64,000 nucleotides of DNA from the NCBI RefSeq assembly GCF_009914755.1, contig NC_060937.1, one strand, 5' to 3'. A model generated the notes under the pieces. That model made no database searches, was not told where the DNA came from, and saw nothing but the letters and a program-made list of their open reading frames with translations. This stretch comes from the human T2T-CHM13v2.0 reference genome, Homo sapiens. This document shows positions 14,669 to 27,800 of the stretch, piece after piece; the first letter of the stretch is position 1; every line of letters starts with the position of its first letter. Both the position numbers and the translations under genes were made by a program.

Positions 14669-15279
14669 CCATCTCAAAAGTTTCCTGGTTTATGTAATTG
14701 ATAAAGTTAAGAAGCTGTACTTTTCAAAATCTTTTAAGTGGGATCACTGATCACAGATAATTTGTTGTTTGTCATTACATCTGTTCAATCAATTTAGTTT
14801 GGAGGGACTCCTCTAATACTTACAGATGGTCTGCTCTAACAGTTTCTATGAATTTTTTAGGTACTGCAGGGACTTGAGTTCACCAGCAATTCTCTGCTCT
14901 CCTTAGTGTGTGCTGTCAAGAGCCACTGTCAGATTATAAGGGTGACTGTAATTAAGTTGTCAACATGTATCTGTAACTCTGGCATTTTCCTAACCTCTCA
15001 ACATATACATGATGCCATAATCTGGTTTAAAATTCATTGTTTTTATGTAGAATTAGTCGTGTACTGCTATGTCTTCTGAAGTGTAATCATATCCCTGACT
15101 TCAAAGAGTTTACCATTTTTCGGGGCAGGGAAGCAAAATCTTTTCCTTTGACTCCTCTTTTACCTTATATTTCTAGCCCTGTAATCTACTCAAATCTACT
15201 TACATAGACTATTTTATTTTATTGTATGCAGTGTTACAATTATTATTAAAGCTCCCCAAATAATGCTATGAATAAACCA

Positions 15280-15700
15280 GCATTCTCATACCCTGCTGAT
15301 AGAATATAGTAAATATTCTATGGCAAGTTTTTAGAAATCTTTATCAACATTATAAAATTATAAGTGCCATTCTCTTGGACCTAGCAATTTCATGTCTAAA
15401 TAAATTTATATAGACATACCCACACACACAAACACACACACACATATATATATACACATACATACACACATGTATATATATTTTCTCACATGAAAAATGC
15501 ATAAAATTGTTTACTGTATTATTTTCTTGTAAAAATGTAGAAAAGATTAAGAATTTTTAAATAAATTACTGTGTGTGTGTGTGTAAATGGATATTTGCTT
15601 AAATATGTATAGTTCTACAAAGGATACACAAGAAACTATTACGTTGTTTGCCTTCTGGGATGTGAATTGGCTATCAAATAGGCAGGAATGGAGATTTTCT
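15280..15700 (+). mobile_element. Old L1 (L1MC/ME-like) 3' fragment with CA/TA simple repeats
   Basis: cattctcataccctgctgatagaat, ttggacctagcaatttca. Confidence 0.55.
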
Positions 15701-16417
15701 AAACCTTTTGAAATTCAAATTATAGGAATTGTTTGCCTTAAAAACAATAGGGGAAGGGGTCTTGAAAATTAAATTCTTAACCTTCCTCTTAGCGTCACTA
15801 CCAATTTTCTCATTCAATTAATACTTGTTTAGCCCTTAACAGATACAGTGGCAAATCAAACACTAATACATTTGCTTAAAATGCAGCACTAAGGCCCCAA
15901 ATTTATATGCATCACATCTTTATTATTTAAGATTCAATATATTTAAAACTGAAGACATTGATTATACGTCTGTGTAGCTCCTCATCATGATTTTTATATT
16001 TGTACTACTATTTTGGAACTAAATAAACAATAAATTTTGACAATTAAATAAAATTTAAATAACACCTAGTTATAAAAACATTTTTAAAATTGAGGCCAGT
16101 TTTATTTTCTTGGAGCCAGCAAAGAGAACACAAAATAAAAGACTGGGCTTCTTTTGGGTGTGAGTAGAACATTGTTTTATAAATTATTTTCTCCAAATAT
16201 TTATTTTAAGTTTTTAATATTTTGATTATGGTTCTGGCTAGAACTTCCATTTTAAACTGATTTTAGGAACCACTGGAAGTCACTGAATGACATTTTAAGA
16301 ACAGGAATCCAACTTACAAAAATAAGAGTATTAAAATTCTACAATTGGAAAATTTTAAATAATTTAAATTAGGTAGGAAACTATATCAATAATTATTGAC
16401 CACACACACATTGAAAT

Positions 16418-16777
16418 TGCTCTGATCTGAATGTGTCTCCCCAAAATCTGCATGTTCAAATCTAGTTACCAATGTGATGAAGTTGGAGATGGGGCCTGTG
16501 GAAACTGAATTGGTCATAAGAGCACAGCACTCCTCAATGAGATTAGTGCCCTTATAAGGGAGGATCCAGAGAACTGCCTGGCTCCTTTCACCATGTAAGG
16601 ATACAGCTAGGAGACTTCATCTATCAACCACGGGACAGGCCCTTACTAGACACCAAATCTGCTGGTGCCATGGTTTTGGACTTCCCAGCCTCTGCAACTG
16701 TCAGAAATAAATTTCCCTTGTTTATAAGCTACCTAGTTAATGGTATTCTGCTATAGCCAACCAAGAGAACTAAGAAA
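16418..16777 (+). mobile_element. MLT1A0-like MaLR solo LTR
   Basis: tgctctgatctgaatgtgtc...gattagtgcccttata...ggacttcccagcctc...gaaataaattt...gaactaaga. Confidence 0.9.
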
Positions 16778-17418
16778 TTATTGTTTACCTGCAGTAAAAT
16801 AATTACAGAAGGCATTACAGTGTTCCTTTCCTCCATAGAGATTAAAACATACTGCATTTTATGACCCTTAATAAGTGTGGATGTACCTTTTGACAGATAT
16901 TGTATCTTAATTTTTCATATATTCTGTCCCTTGTTATTCATAAAAATTCCTCCCTAAAATTTCAGTTAATATATGCATATGATTTAGTATTGTTTCAGTC
17001 TTCTTTTTATGCCCAAAGTCACTTACTGTAGAAAACAAGTGGTACAGTTCATTTGTAGCTATGAAAAATGTGCCCCTAACAATGCCAATTTAAAGTACTT
17101 GACAAATTTATTAAAATTGCAACCAAAGCAATCAGCTGGCCAATTTTTTAAAATATGTAATAGTTAAATATAACTCACCTCCTTTAGTAAGCAAAAGATA
17201 TTGGTGCTGGTGGAAGGGGGCAAAATAGCTGGATATCCTACATGTATGAGGAAGAAGAAACATAATTAAACTTAGATTGTGGATGATTTTGTTGTATAAC
17301 TTAGCTACTATTAGACAGATAGCAATTTTTTAAAATTTCCCCATGTTCTAACTTTCTATGGGCCTTGTGATTTTGGAAATTTAATGAAAAAATAGGGAAA
17401 GTGACGACATTTGTTACA

Positions 17419-17482
17419 TATATATATTTATGTATATATAAATATATATATATATACAAAAATATATATATATTTATATATA
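17419..17482. repeat. (TA)n-rich simple repeat
   Basis: Direct reading. Confidence 0.9.
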
Positions 17483-17939
17483 CCAGTATATACCAGTCAC
17501 TGGGCCCAAAAGTTATGTATTGCCATATATGTTTTATTACTTAATTTTAGGAAGTAACTGATCTCATTCTTTTATTCATTCAGTCAACAACTATTTCAGA
17601 GTACCTGCTCCTATGTATGAAGAGTGTAGAGGTAAACAGAACAAATGAACAAGGAAATCCATGTCTTCACAAGCTTACCATCTGGTAGTAAAATAATGGT
17701 AATAAACGTCTTCGATAAATCAATGAATCATATATACAGTATTTTATCAGGTAAACATATCTATGAAAAATATAGCAGGGTAAGGATATAAGTAAGCCTA
17801 ACTAAGGGTGTCAATTTTTAATAACATGGTCAGAGTTGACCTCACTAGAAGAACCATTTAAAGCAGCAGGAGAGGAAGCCTTGCAGCTATTTGGGGGAAG
17901 AGAGTTTCAGTCACAGAGATGGAAAGCCAAGCTCTGTCG

Positions 17940-18050
17940 ACCTAATGGACAGCATGCTGACCATAGTTAATAATAATGTACTCTATAGTTGAAATTTGCT
18001 AAGAGACTAGATAGATCTCATGTGTTCTCACCACAAATTTTAAAAAAAGA
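17940..18050 (+). mobile_element. L1MA/MB 3'UTR fragment
   Basis: acagcatgctgaccatagttaataataatgtac...gaaatttgctaagag...gttctcaccacaaa. Confidence 0.75.
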
Positions 18051-18331
18051 TAGCAATATAAAAATAAATGTCAGGACAATGATGAAGAAACAACAAAGGA
18101 GTAAGGAGAAAATGAAGAAACAATGAAGTAGGAAGAAATCAACACAAATTAGTGTCCACAAAGGTAAAGGAAGAAAATTGTTCAAAGAGGAAGAATGATT
18201 ACCAGGTACAAGTGGTTGTGAAATGCTAAGTATATAGTGGATTAAGAATTGACAAAGGAATTTCACAATATGGATGTCATTAATGACCTTGACAGAAGCA
18301 GTATCATTAATTAAAAAAAAAATAAAAGTAA

Positions 18332-19033
18332 GGCCAGGAGCAGTGGCTCACATCCATAATCCCAGTGTTTTGGGAGGCAGAGGTGGGAGGGTCACTTGTA
18401 GCCAGGAGTTTGAGGCCAACCTGGACATCATAGCAAGTCTCTACAAAAAAAAAAAAAACATAAAAATTAAAAATTAGGCTAGTGTCTGTGGCTCATGTTT
18501 CTAAGTCCAGCACTTTGGAAGGCCAAGGTAAGAGGATCACTTGAGTCCAGGAGATCAAGACCATCTTGGGCAACATAGTAAGACCCCATCTCTACAAAAC
18601 ATTTAAAAAATTAGCTGAGTGTGGTGGTGGCTGGCTGTAGTCCCAGCCACTGAGGAGACTGGGGTGGGAGGATTGCTTGCCTGCAGCAAGCAGGGCTTGC
18701 TCTGTCACCCAGGTGGGAATGTAGTGGTGCAATCAGGGCTCACTGCAGCATCAACCCCAATGCCTGAGTGAGCCCCAATCGCAGCAGAACATTCCTGTCT
18801 GGGTGACAGAGAAAGACATTATCTCTAAAAAATAAAAAAAATTAAAAAATGAGAAAATAAACAATGAAAAATTATCTGGGTGAGGTGACACATGCCTATG
18901 GTCCCACGTACTTGGAAGTCTAACGCAGGAGAATGGCTTGAGCCCTGGGGTCAGAGGCTCCAGTGAGTTACGATTGTGCCACTGCACTCCAGCCTGGTAG
19001 ACAGAGCAAGATCCTGTTTCTGGAAAAATAAAA
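18332..19033 (+). mobile_element. Nested AluJ pair: outer left arm 18332-18476, inner AluJ 18477-18870 (with internal inversion), outer right arm 18871-19033
   Basis: Arm order left-left-right-right on one strand with A-rich linkers; J-type diagnostics (gcaacatag, ttgagccc). Confidence 0.85.
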
Positions 19034-20056
19034 TGGAGGTAAAAATCTGACTGAGGTAGAATTCAGAAATAGAGATGGGGTATGTCAAAGGGAATGGGTA
19101 ACAGAAAATTCTTTCACGGTGTTGCTCTGGCAGTGGAATAAGGAACCAATGTAGTAGTTAGTGAGATGAGTGGGACATGAGAAGGTTTTCTAAGATGGAA
19201 GGAATTACAGCCTATATTTATGCTAGTGGAATTATCTAGTAGAGAGAAAAAATAGATGATACAATACAGAGAGAAGTGCTGCTGTCTATATGTACGCTAG
19301 AAGAGATGGGATATAATGCAGAGTTGCATGTGTCTGTGTGGGTTAGGGATCAGCCTGAAGTATGAGGGCAGACCATCTGTAGCAGTAGGAGAGAATGCAA
19401 AGTATATATTGTTAAGAGTTAATATGGGATATATTTGCATTCTCAGTGAAATACTTACAGTCGTTAACTGAGACTGAGAATTGGAGAAAAGGGTTATAAA
19501 TAATGGCCTAGGACAATGAGAAAGCACATGAAATAGAGTATAACTGCTGCTCTGTACTCAGAGACAATATGAGGTTCATTTATAAGAATTTAAATTAAGA
19601 CTTGTCAGCAGTCCTGTGATTTTTTTTTTTCCTCCAGCCACTGTCAGCAAGTATAGCCTAGATAGAGAATTAGGTTAAGTCCAAGTCATGACTTCACCAC
19701 ACAAACAAGCTGAGGGGCATTGAGGAAGAATAAAGGGGTGGGGGAGTGGGGGGTAATTATAAACCCTGACCAGAGAATTTAACTGCGATAAGAAGAAAAA
19801 GAATGTATAAGTGGGAATGAAGGACAGTGAAATACTGGTAGAATCAGTGAAGTTTAATCCTAGTCGGGTAAAAGATTTGTTGGAATATTTAAACTTGCCA
19901 CACTTCTCTCTTGATGTAACAAAGACTAAGAAGAGGCAAATTCAATGAAATATGGGTTGTAATAAATACAAGTTTAATTTATCACATACTATCTTGAGTT
20001 TTCCAATATTAACTCATCAATCGGCAATCATCCCAGTAGAATCTTAGTACTTCTTC

Positions 20057-20385
20057 AAGGGTGATTGGGAGGAAGGTGGGGATGGATAATAGATACAAAA
20101 AACAGTTAGAAAGAATAAATAAGACCTATTTGATACCACAACAGAGGTGACTATCGTCAATAACAATTTAATTGTACATTTTAGATTGACAAAAAGTATA
20201 TAATTGGATTGTTTGTAACAAAAAGGATAAATGTTTGAGAATGGATACCCCATTCTCCATCATATGATTATTACACATTGTATGCCTGTATTAAAACATC
20301 TCATGTACCCTATAAGTATATGTAAAAATACATCTACTATGTAAACGTACACCTATGTCCCCACAAAAAAATAAAAATTAAAAAA
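20057..20385 (+). mobile_element. L1MA2/3-like 3'UTR fragment
   Basis: gttagaaagaataaataagacc...gtgactatcgtcaataacaattt...ggataccccattctcc...catctcatgtaccc; A-rich tail. Confidence 0.88.
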
Positions 20386-21203
20386 GTATACAAACACTTG
20401 GAAACTAAAAGTCTCACACTTTTCCTTGTCACAGGCAAAGTATTCACAAATTATATATTCATGAATATCATTTTCTTTCTCATATATTTTTTGTTTACTT
20501 TTTTATAATCAGAAGAAATTCAATGGTTCAAGCTCCTTCACCCCAATACTGTATTTCCATTGATTTCAAACGGGCCATAAAAAGGACAATATTATAAGTT
20601 GCTGAGGAACTTTCTCATTCTTCCCAACATCACCATCAATTTTTCCTGCTCAAAATCATAAAACCTGTTATTCACTTTTAAAATAGTTCAGTTGAATATT
20701 CTCATAAGATTATAATTTTATAGTTAAGTATATAGAAAATGATGTACAGAAAGTTTTTTTTTTAAACAAGTAAATGGCTGATCTGAGATTCAAAGCTAAG
20801 TCTGGAAATTGTTTCCACCACACTCTACTGAAAATAAACAATCATAGCTTTTTAGAATATTTTATATTTCATATTGTTTAAAAAAGAATACAGACTAAAT
20901 TGTTTTCATTTGTGGCTTAAAATTAAAATGGAAAAATTTTGACCCACTTCTATTTATATCTGTTTAGGATGTTATTTTTATTTGCTTTGATTTTGATAAG
21001 CCCTGAATGTTTCCAGGAGTTTTCAAAGTGAACCTGATGTCCTGACAATGATTAATCTTGGGATTGGAAAATTCTCATTACCAGTCAGCTCATTCTGTTA
21101 CCTAGATATTTCAGTCTAAAAAAAAAGTAGGCCAGTTGTTCATTTCTGTGTCTTAGCCTTTCTCTACTTTTTTTCCTCTGTGTTTGTGTGTTTGTTCGTG
21201 AGA

Positions 21204-21247
21204 GTGTGTGCGTCCTCACATTATCGTGTGTGCGTCCTCACATTATC
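21204..21247. repeat. Perfect 22-bp tandem duplication (gtgtgtgcgtcctcacattatc)x2
   Basis: Direct reading. Confidence 0.95.
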
Positions 21248-21989
21248 ACGTGTGTTGATCTCAGTATTTGAATCAAAAAACGATGAAACAGGAAAATGTT
21301 TAGAATCTACAGCCTGCCAGTAGGTCAAGCAGAATTGAAGCAATGTGTTAAAGGATGTCAGCTGTAGTCTCAGTTTGGTGATAGTTATGTCCAGTCCAGT
21401 TCATATGATTAATTCTATTCTCTTGCTATGCCTACTAAACACTTTAGAGAAGCAAAATGTCATTTTTTTCTTCAAGAATAAAATGTAATCTCAAGTACAT
21501 TGTATTCTAATGAGTTAAATTATAAATTTAATATTTTGCAAAGCATTACAATAGAATAATGGCTGTTTTAAACCTTCGGAGATATATACTAATAAAAGAA
21601 AATATATCTAATGTATTAAAATGGTTGCTTTTGAGGTAAGGTAAGTAGGAGTAAGGAAGGGGATGCTGTGAGATGATTATTTGTATGTATATATGTATTT
21701 ATATACATATAAATGAAGATGAAAATAAAAGCTTGACTAGGATCAGAAATAACGGTGAATCCTGAAAAGAAGCATGTAAGTAAATAAAATTTCTGCATAT
21801 AGGATGAAAATAAAACCTTATCATAGTGTTAATTTGTGGTATAATTGTATTAATGATAATCGTCAAACTATACGAAATTGTTGTATTTCTAGGCTTAAAA
21901 AGTAACATATTGGCAACTCCATGTTGTTTAAACTTATACTAATATGAGTAACTCATATTTACCTGTGACATCACTCATAGGACATTTCA

Positions 21990-22290
21990 TGCCACCCTTA
22001 CAAAAACATTATTACATAATCAGGAATTACCCATGATACAGATAAATTAAATTGTCACTCAGAGAATTTAATTATGTTGCTCAAGGTTAGAGAGGTATTA
22101 CACATCAAAGCTAGATTTCTGGAGTCTTAAACTAATCTGCTTTCTAGTATAAACCATATAAAAGGTGGTCATGGGCTTTTAGTCTCATCCTGGTTCTGCT
22201 GGTAATAAGGAAAATTCTTTAGATTACAATATCTTTATCTACAAAATGAAAAGGTTGGATATATAATATGATTTATAACTCATCAAATAT
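21990..22290. mobile_element. Two degenerate MIR fragments (minus, then plus)
   Basis: atacagataaatt...cactcagagaatttaa...ttgctcaaggtt; tatctttatctacaaaatgaaaaggttgga. Confidence 0.5.
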
Positions 22291-23174
22291 GTCAAAGATC
22301 TCTAATTTTATTTTTGTCTTTTTAATAAAGGCCTCGTGATTATTATTATTGCATTTACACTGAAGTATGAATATAGTTCCTCACTCATTACATTACTATT
22401 AAACAGACTGGGTCACTGAGATCTTGGCTAAACCTTAATCTCTCATACTGTTCAATATAACTTTTTAGTAAAGATTTGCTTATGATGAAAAAGTCAGGGG
22501 ACCACCCAACAGTGACCTCTGATGTTACTACCATTTCCTTTATTGAATGGTCTTGGTCATTAACCTATAGCAGCGGCATTCACATATGTATTGGTAGTAA
22601 AGCCTTGATTTCTTTCCAATAAAATTTTATGCAGAATCTAATGTAAAACAGACTTGCATAAGGATGAGGTCTTATTGCAGTAGTTGCAAATGAACCTGAG
22701 AAATTGCTCTTGTTTAACTCCATATAAAATTTCCAGAAATCCTGAGGCTCCAGAAGATGTCAATCAAAAACATTGTCCGATATTTGTATATTCTATTGCC
22801 ATCTATGTGTAAGAATACTAACTGAATTCTCCATTGTATTTTCCTTCCGTATATATGGAAGACTTTTTTCTTAAATTTTAGGATGCAACATTAAGTTAAC
22901 TGGCTAACAGAAAATGGAGATTATTTCCAAAATAGTTCTATGTTTCTTCACCTATAATAAACAATTTTTTAAATCATAAGACCTTATACATGAATATTTT
23001 GATTCTGTGAGTTGAATAAAATTAGACAAATGTCAAACAAATATTTACTGCATCTGATCGTCACTCAGTATATTTAATTCTCTAAAAATGTATCATAAAA
23101 TATCTGCTTCAGACAAAGTATCTGTTGATTTAATTGACATTTCATATACAGACATCAAAGAGTTTGAAATTCTT

Positions 23175-23463
23175 GGCCGGGTGCGGTGGCTTACGCCTGT
23201 GAACCCAGCACTTCGGGAGGCCAAGGTGGGTGGATCACCTGAGGTCAGGAGTTTGAGACCAGCCTGACCAACATGGAGAAACTCCGTCTCTGCTAAAAAT
23301 ACAAAAAATTAGTCGGGCGTAGTGGCGCATGCCTGTAATCCCAGCTACTCGGGAAGCTAAGGTAGGAGCCCGAGGCAGAGGTTGCCATGAGCCGAGATCG
23401 CGCCATTGCACTCCAGTCTGAGCAACAAGAGTGAAACTCCAACTCAAAAAAAAAAAAAAAAAA
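23175..23463 (+). mobile_element. AluSp
   Basis: gaccaacatggagaaac and gcaacaagagtgaaactcc diagnostics; poly(A); TSD gaaattctt/ggaattctt. Confidence 0.93.
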
Positions 23464-24049
23464 GGAATTCTTATATGATATTTGTTACTGTCCCACATAT
23501 GGTGGACACTTCTTGCAGTGAACGCTGACACCAACATAGAAACATAAGGAAGACATCCTATACTTACTATCCATTATTGCAGCAATGCCCTAAGGGAAGC
23601 AAAAAACTTTCAGCATTGAATATAAAAAGAAACATTTTCACAAAGCACAAATGTTTGTCGTATACTCAAAGAATGCAGAGATTCAAGGTTAATTATGTTT
23701 TCAATAAACTGTTTTATTTTGTTAGGAAACGTTTCTTCTTATTCTAAAAGTGTTTTTCCTAGCATCTTTCAACATATTGGAACACATAAGTCGTTTTAAC
23801 GCTTCTGTATCATCTAATGAACCAATTTGGAAATAAAATTAAATTATGAAAGAAGATACTACTAAAATAAGCATTTTTAAATACAACTGTTATCCAATGA
23901 AAAACACTCTAGACCACCCACTTTCTCTCATCTTAAACTTTTATTTTTGTAGTAGCTGAATTATCATATGTATCTGGGACTATTCTGTCTCATTCAATTT
24001 CACTAACATGCTTGCCTTATTTATTAGCAAATAGTTCTTACATGTCGAT

Positions 24050-24157
24050 TTAGAGCAGAAAACTTTTATTCTGTAAATGGCCACACAGTAAATATGTTTA
24101 AAAACAAACAGGCAATAGACTGGATTTTGTTCACAGAACATAGTCTACTGACTGCTA
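24050..24157. mobile_element. MER58-like hAT-Charlie DNA transposon remnant, internally deleted
   Basis: aaacttttattctgtaaatggccacacagtaaatat...aaacaggcaatagactggattttg...catagtctactgactgct. Confidence 0.55.
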
Positions 24158-24589
24158 CTTACAGAGAATCCTTTAAAATTTATTTTATATTAATATTTTA
24201 TTAATTTATCTATTTATTCAGAGATGCAGAAAGTTAAAGGAAAAAATATGATAAGGAAAAGTCAAATGGTACAGTCTAAATTGTGTATTATAGGAAGGAC
24301 TCGATTCATCAGGGACCTGTAAACTATAAGAAATTGAATACAATACATTTATTAAAATAAATTTACCTATTTCATTCTTATATACATAGTAATTAGTTGA
24401 AAAGTCTCTAAAATCAGTCTTTAATTCACAACTCTCTCCAGATAGCATTGCTGGAGGGAAACGGCTCATTTCTGAACAAATGAAAATCTATAGGGGAAGC
24501 GAAGGCAATGTTCTTTGTAGCGAGTGCCAGGTGGCAAGCCACAGTTGTATAATATATTTACTCCCTGTTCTCTATTGGCATTTGCTCTA

Positions 24590-24695
24590 GAAGCTGGGCA
24601 ATCACTTCATTTCCCTGGGCTGCAATTTTCTCACCTATGAAAGGGATAGATGGGTTTAGATGCTATCTAAAATCCCTCCGAGTTTTAGGTTTCTG
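24590..24695 (+). mobile_element. MIR3/MIR fragment
   Basis: gggcaatcacttcatttccctgggctgcaattttctcacctatgaaa...tagatgctatctaaaatccctcc. Confidence 0.7.
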
Positions 24696-25502
24696 TTAAA
24701 TGGCAGCCCATTTCTCACTTTATATTATCTGAAATCACAATGGAAATTCTCTGTATCTTGCCTTTGCAATAGCAAATTTCATATTATGTTTTGCCTCATA
24801 TCTAATGCTACCATTTCACCAATTCTAGCTGCCTACTCATTTCTATTCTTATAATGTTTGTGTTTGTTAAGTGCCTTTTTCTTTCTGTTGCCAATGAAAA
24901 GCCATAATGGATTAACCTTCACTTCTCAACTAATTAAAATAAGTTTTTAAATAACACAACTAGAAAATGTTTCCTCTTTGTTAAAAAATACCCAATGAAT
25001 AAAAATTACATATTTTTTAAAGTTTTCTTCTTTGCTGAACTACTTTTTGGATCTGTGGAAGAACATCAACAAAGGAGGCAGTCCTTGAAGCAAAACAATT
25101 AACAAATAGCTCCTCTAAGCAGCTGACAAAGACCCTGTTGTGTCGCTGCACAGCAGTTAGAAAGTTTAATGAAAAAAAGAAGGGCCAAAAAATTGACTTT
25201 TAAGAAACTAATCCCTTGAAAATGACGAGGAGCTGTGGCATCATATGTATCACACAAAATTGGTTAATGATATCAACTTATTAATGACTAAAACCAACTC
25301 CTTAATATGCAGAACTTAAAGTTTCAGGCTCTTGAGTATAGGTAAGATACTAGCCAAACCTCACAAGGGCAAATTCAAAATGGGATAAAAATAAAAAGGG
25401 AGAAGATTAAAGAATTAAATGTGCATTCATAAAAGCACTTTTTTTATCATGTCATCAATTATAGAATTTCTAATTGTGAAAACTAAATATTGCAACTTTT
25501 TG

Positions 25503-25592
25503 CAATATTTATTTTATAAATCCATTTATACTTATATTTATTTTATAAATACAATTATATACACAATATTTATTTTATAAGTACAATTATAT
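25503..25592. repeat. Degenerate AT-rich tandem repeat, about 3 copies of atatttattttataa...
   Basis: atatttattttataa recurs three times at about 30-bp spacing. Confidence 0.7.
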
Positions 25593-25849
25593 AAATAAAT
25601 TTTCATATATTATTAACTTTCTTTTAAAAATGATTAACATTTTATTGACTCTAGTTATTTTATGGTTAAAAACTATGTTATATTCATATATTTCAAGTAG
25701 AAGAAAAGCTATTATCTCCAGAATGCACTCAAATAAGCACATACATAGTAGAAAAATTCCGGTCTTTTCCACTTTCAAACACTGAGATGAAACATGTGAG
25801 TCAAGTGATATAAAAGCTTACTTTTCAGATGTTGTTGGTGATGCTGAAA

Positions 25850-26280
25850 AAGTACCCAAATTGGCTTTGGAAAACCTTGATTCAAATTCTGGCTCTGTGC
25901 TTTACTAAACACTCAACTTTGTAAAAGCTATTTCACTTTATATTGGCTATAAAGTTGAACTCACCATCTGCCCTTCATACCTACCATGTGTTGTGGAGTT
26001 CAAAGGTGATTGCGTATATGGAAGAGTTTTTTAAGGGGTAAAATGCCGTAAAATTGTTAATCAAGCTCTTCTGGAAGGATAGAGAAAGAGAAACAAATTA
26101 ACTGAAAATCTGCAGAATTGTACTCATTTATAATCTTTGTCCTGCCTCTAATTAACCATTAATTAGATGAGTTTGAATGAAATATTTCATCTGGATTTTA
26201 GATTTTATTTTTGGGAAATGAGGAAGTTGTTAATTTGGAAGATCTCCATGCAGTCTTTGGTTCTAACTTCTATGATTTAT
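25850..26280 (+). mobile_element. MIR and MIR3 fragments
   Basis: ggctttgg...ccttgattcaaattctggctctg; ggaaatgaggaagttg...gatctcca...ggttctaacttctatgatt. Confidence 0.55.
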
Positions 26281-26289
26281 AGCTGAAAA

Positions 26290-27800
26290 GTTTTTCCAGG
26301 GTCTGTCTTTTTTCTTTCAGCATTATCTTCTCCATGAGTGAATTCATCTACTTCAGAATCACCATAACTATTCATGTTACGAATTATTTTAAATTATAAT
26401 TATTGACTACTATTTTCAGGCAATTAATCCCTTGTTCATAGCTTCAGTTCTTTCAACCATCAGAAATCTTCCCCTGCATATGCTAGAGATACATCAAGTA
26501 TTAAATGCAAAAAAAAAAAAAAAAAAAATCACCATTTCTCTCTTCTCTAAAAATCAAGCAAAATTATATTTTTTTGCTTGTTCAAATTGTGGCACTAAAA
26601 GCTACCTTGGACTAAAACAAGAGAAAGAAAGAAAGACAAAATCCTGACTCTTCCTTCTTCATTATTCCCTAAGCTAATTAATTGAGAGTCCTACAAAATT
26701 GTAGTCTGTAAGTATTTATTTTTTCTACATATCCTAAATTTTCTAAAAGATAACATTAAAACCAGCAACTTGAAAAAAACTCATATAAAGCAGAAATAGA
26801 TTACCTAAAAAGAAAATATAACTATAATCCTATAAGGACTATATGTCAAAGATGAACATAAAGTTTTAAGCACATTTTTATTTTGTACACATTTATAAAT
26901 AGTAATTACTACTAAATTTTATAAAACTAAATTTCTGATAAAACTATCTTATAAATTATATAAAATTATAAAATATAAAATTAAAATATTTTTAACGCTT
27001 AAAAAATTTTATATATTAAAAATAACATTTTGTGACATGTCTATGTATCTATTATATTTAACTCATTCTTTTCGGAAGCTATATAGTCATTAATTCTATG
27101 AGTACACATTTAATTTTTTTACTATTTTTATCATTCAAAAATCATTAGAGTTAATATTTACCTTTGTGTATTGAGAAAAAGATTACGTGTGTATATATAT
27201 AAATGAATGCACAAAAATGTATGCATTGAGTTTACTCACATGTATGTGTCACATATGATTTTTAGAAAGCAAAAATTTCACTTTTCAAAAATCATCTTTT
27301 CCTTCTCATTTACTACTGTCCTAATTCAGCAGTTTATAGTATCTTTCCTGAGTCACCACAATAGCTCCTTCACTTTTCCTAATGCCTGTAGGCTGTTGGT
27401 CTTTAAATCTGTTTTTGTCAACACCAGTCAAATGTTTCATTTGAAATGGAAATGAAAATGTGCTGTTGCTCTCCTTAAATGCATTAATTGCTTCCGGACA
27501 CCCACAGGATAAAACCACCTTCCCAGATTGCCATGCAAATCCTCCATGATCTTGTTGTCACTTAGTACACTCCCGCTTGTATGTCTAAAATGCCTCCCCT
27601 ATTTTTTTTGACTACCTCACTCTCACATATCTTCTGAGGCTTAATTCAGATATTACATTCATCCAGTGGCTTTGTAGACATCCTCAGATTGGTTTATGTG
27701 CTCATTTTATACATCCTTCACTTTCAAAGTCTGTCACTACGTTACTCTTTTATTTTAATCTCCAAAGGGTAGGGACTATACATCATGGCCAATCCCTAAC
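26290..27800 (+). mobile_element. Degenerate L2 fragments with intervening AT-rich sequence
   Basis: atcctgactcttccttcttc; tttcctgagtcaccacaatagctcc; ctccaaagggtagggactat. Confidence 0.45.

Larger units (their letters stand above)
17570..19880 (-). mobile_element. Fragmented L2 LINE, interrupted by an L1 piece and a nested Alu cluster
   Basis: ttcattcagtcaacaactattt (L2 3' end); gtcattaatgaccttgacagaagcagt; purine-rich L2-type sequence resumes after 19035. Confidence 0.6.
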
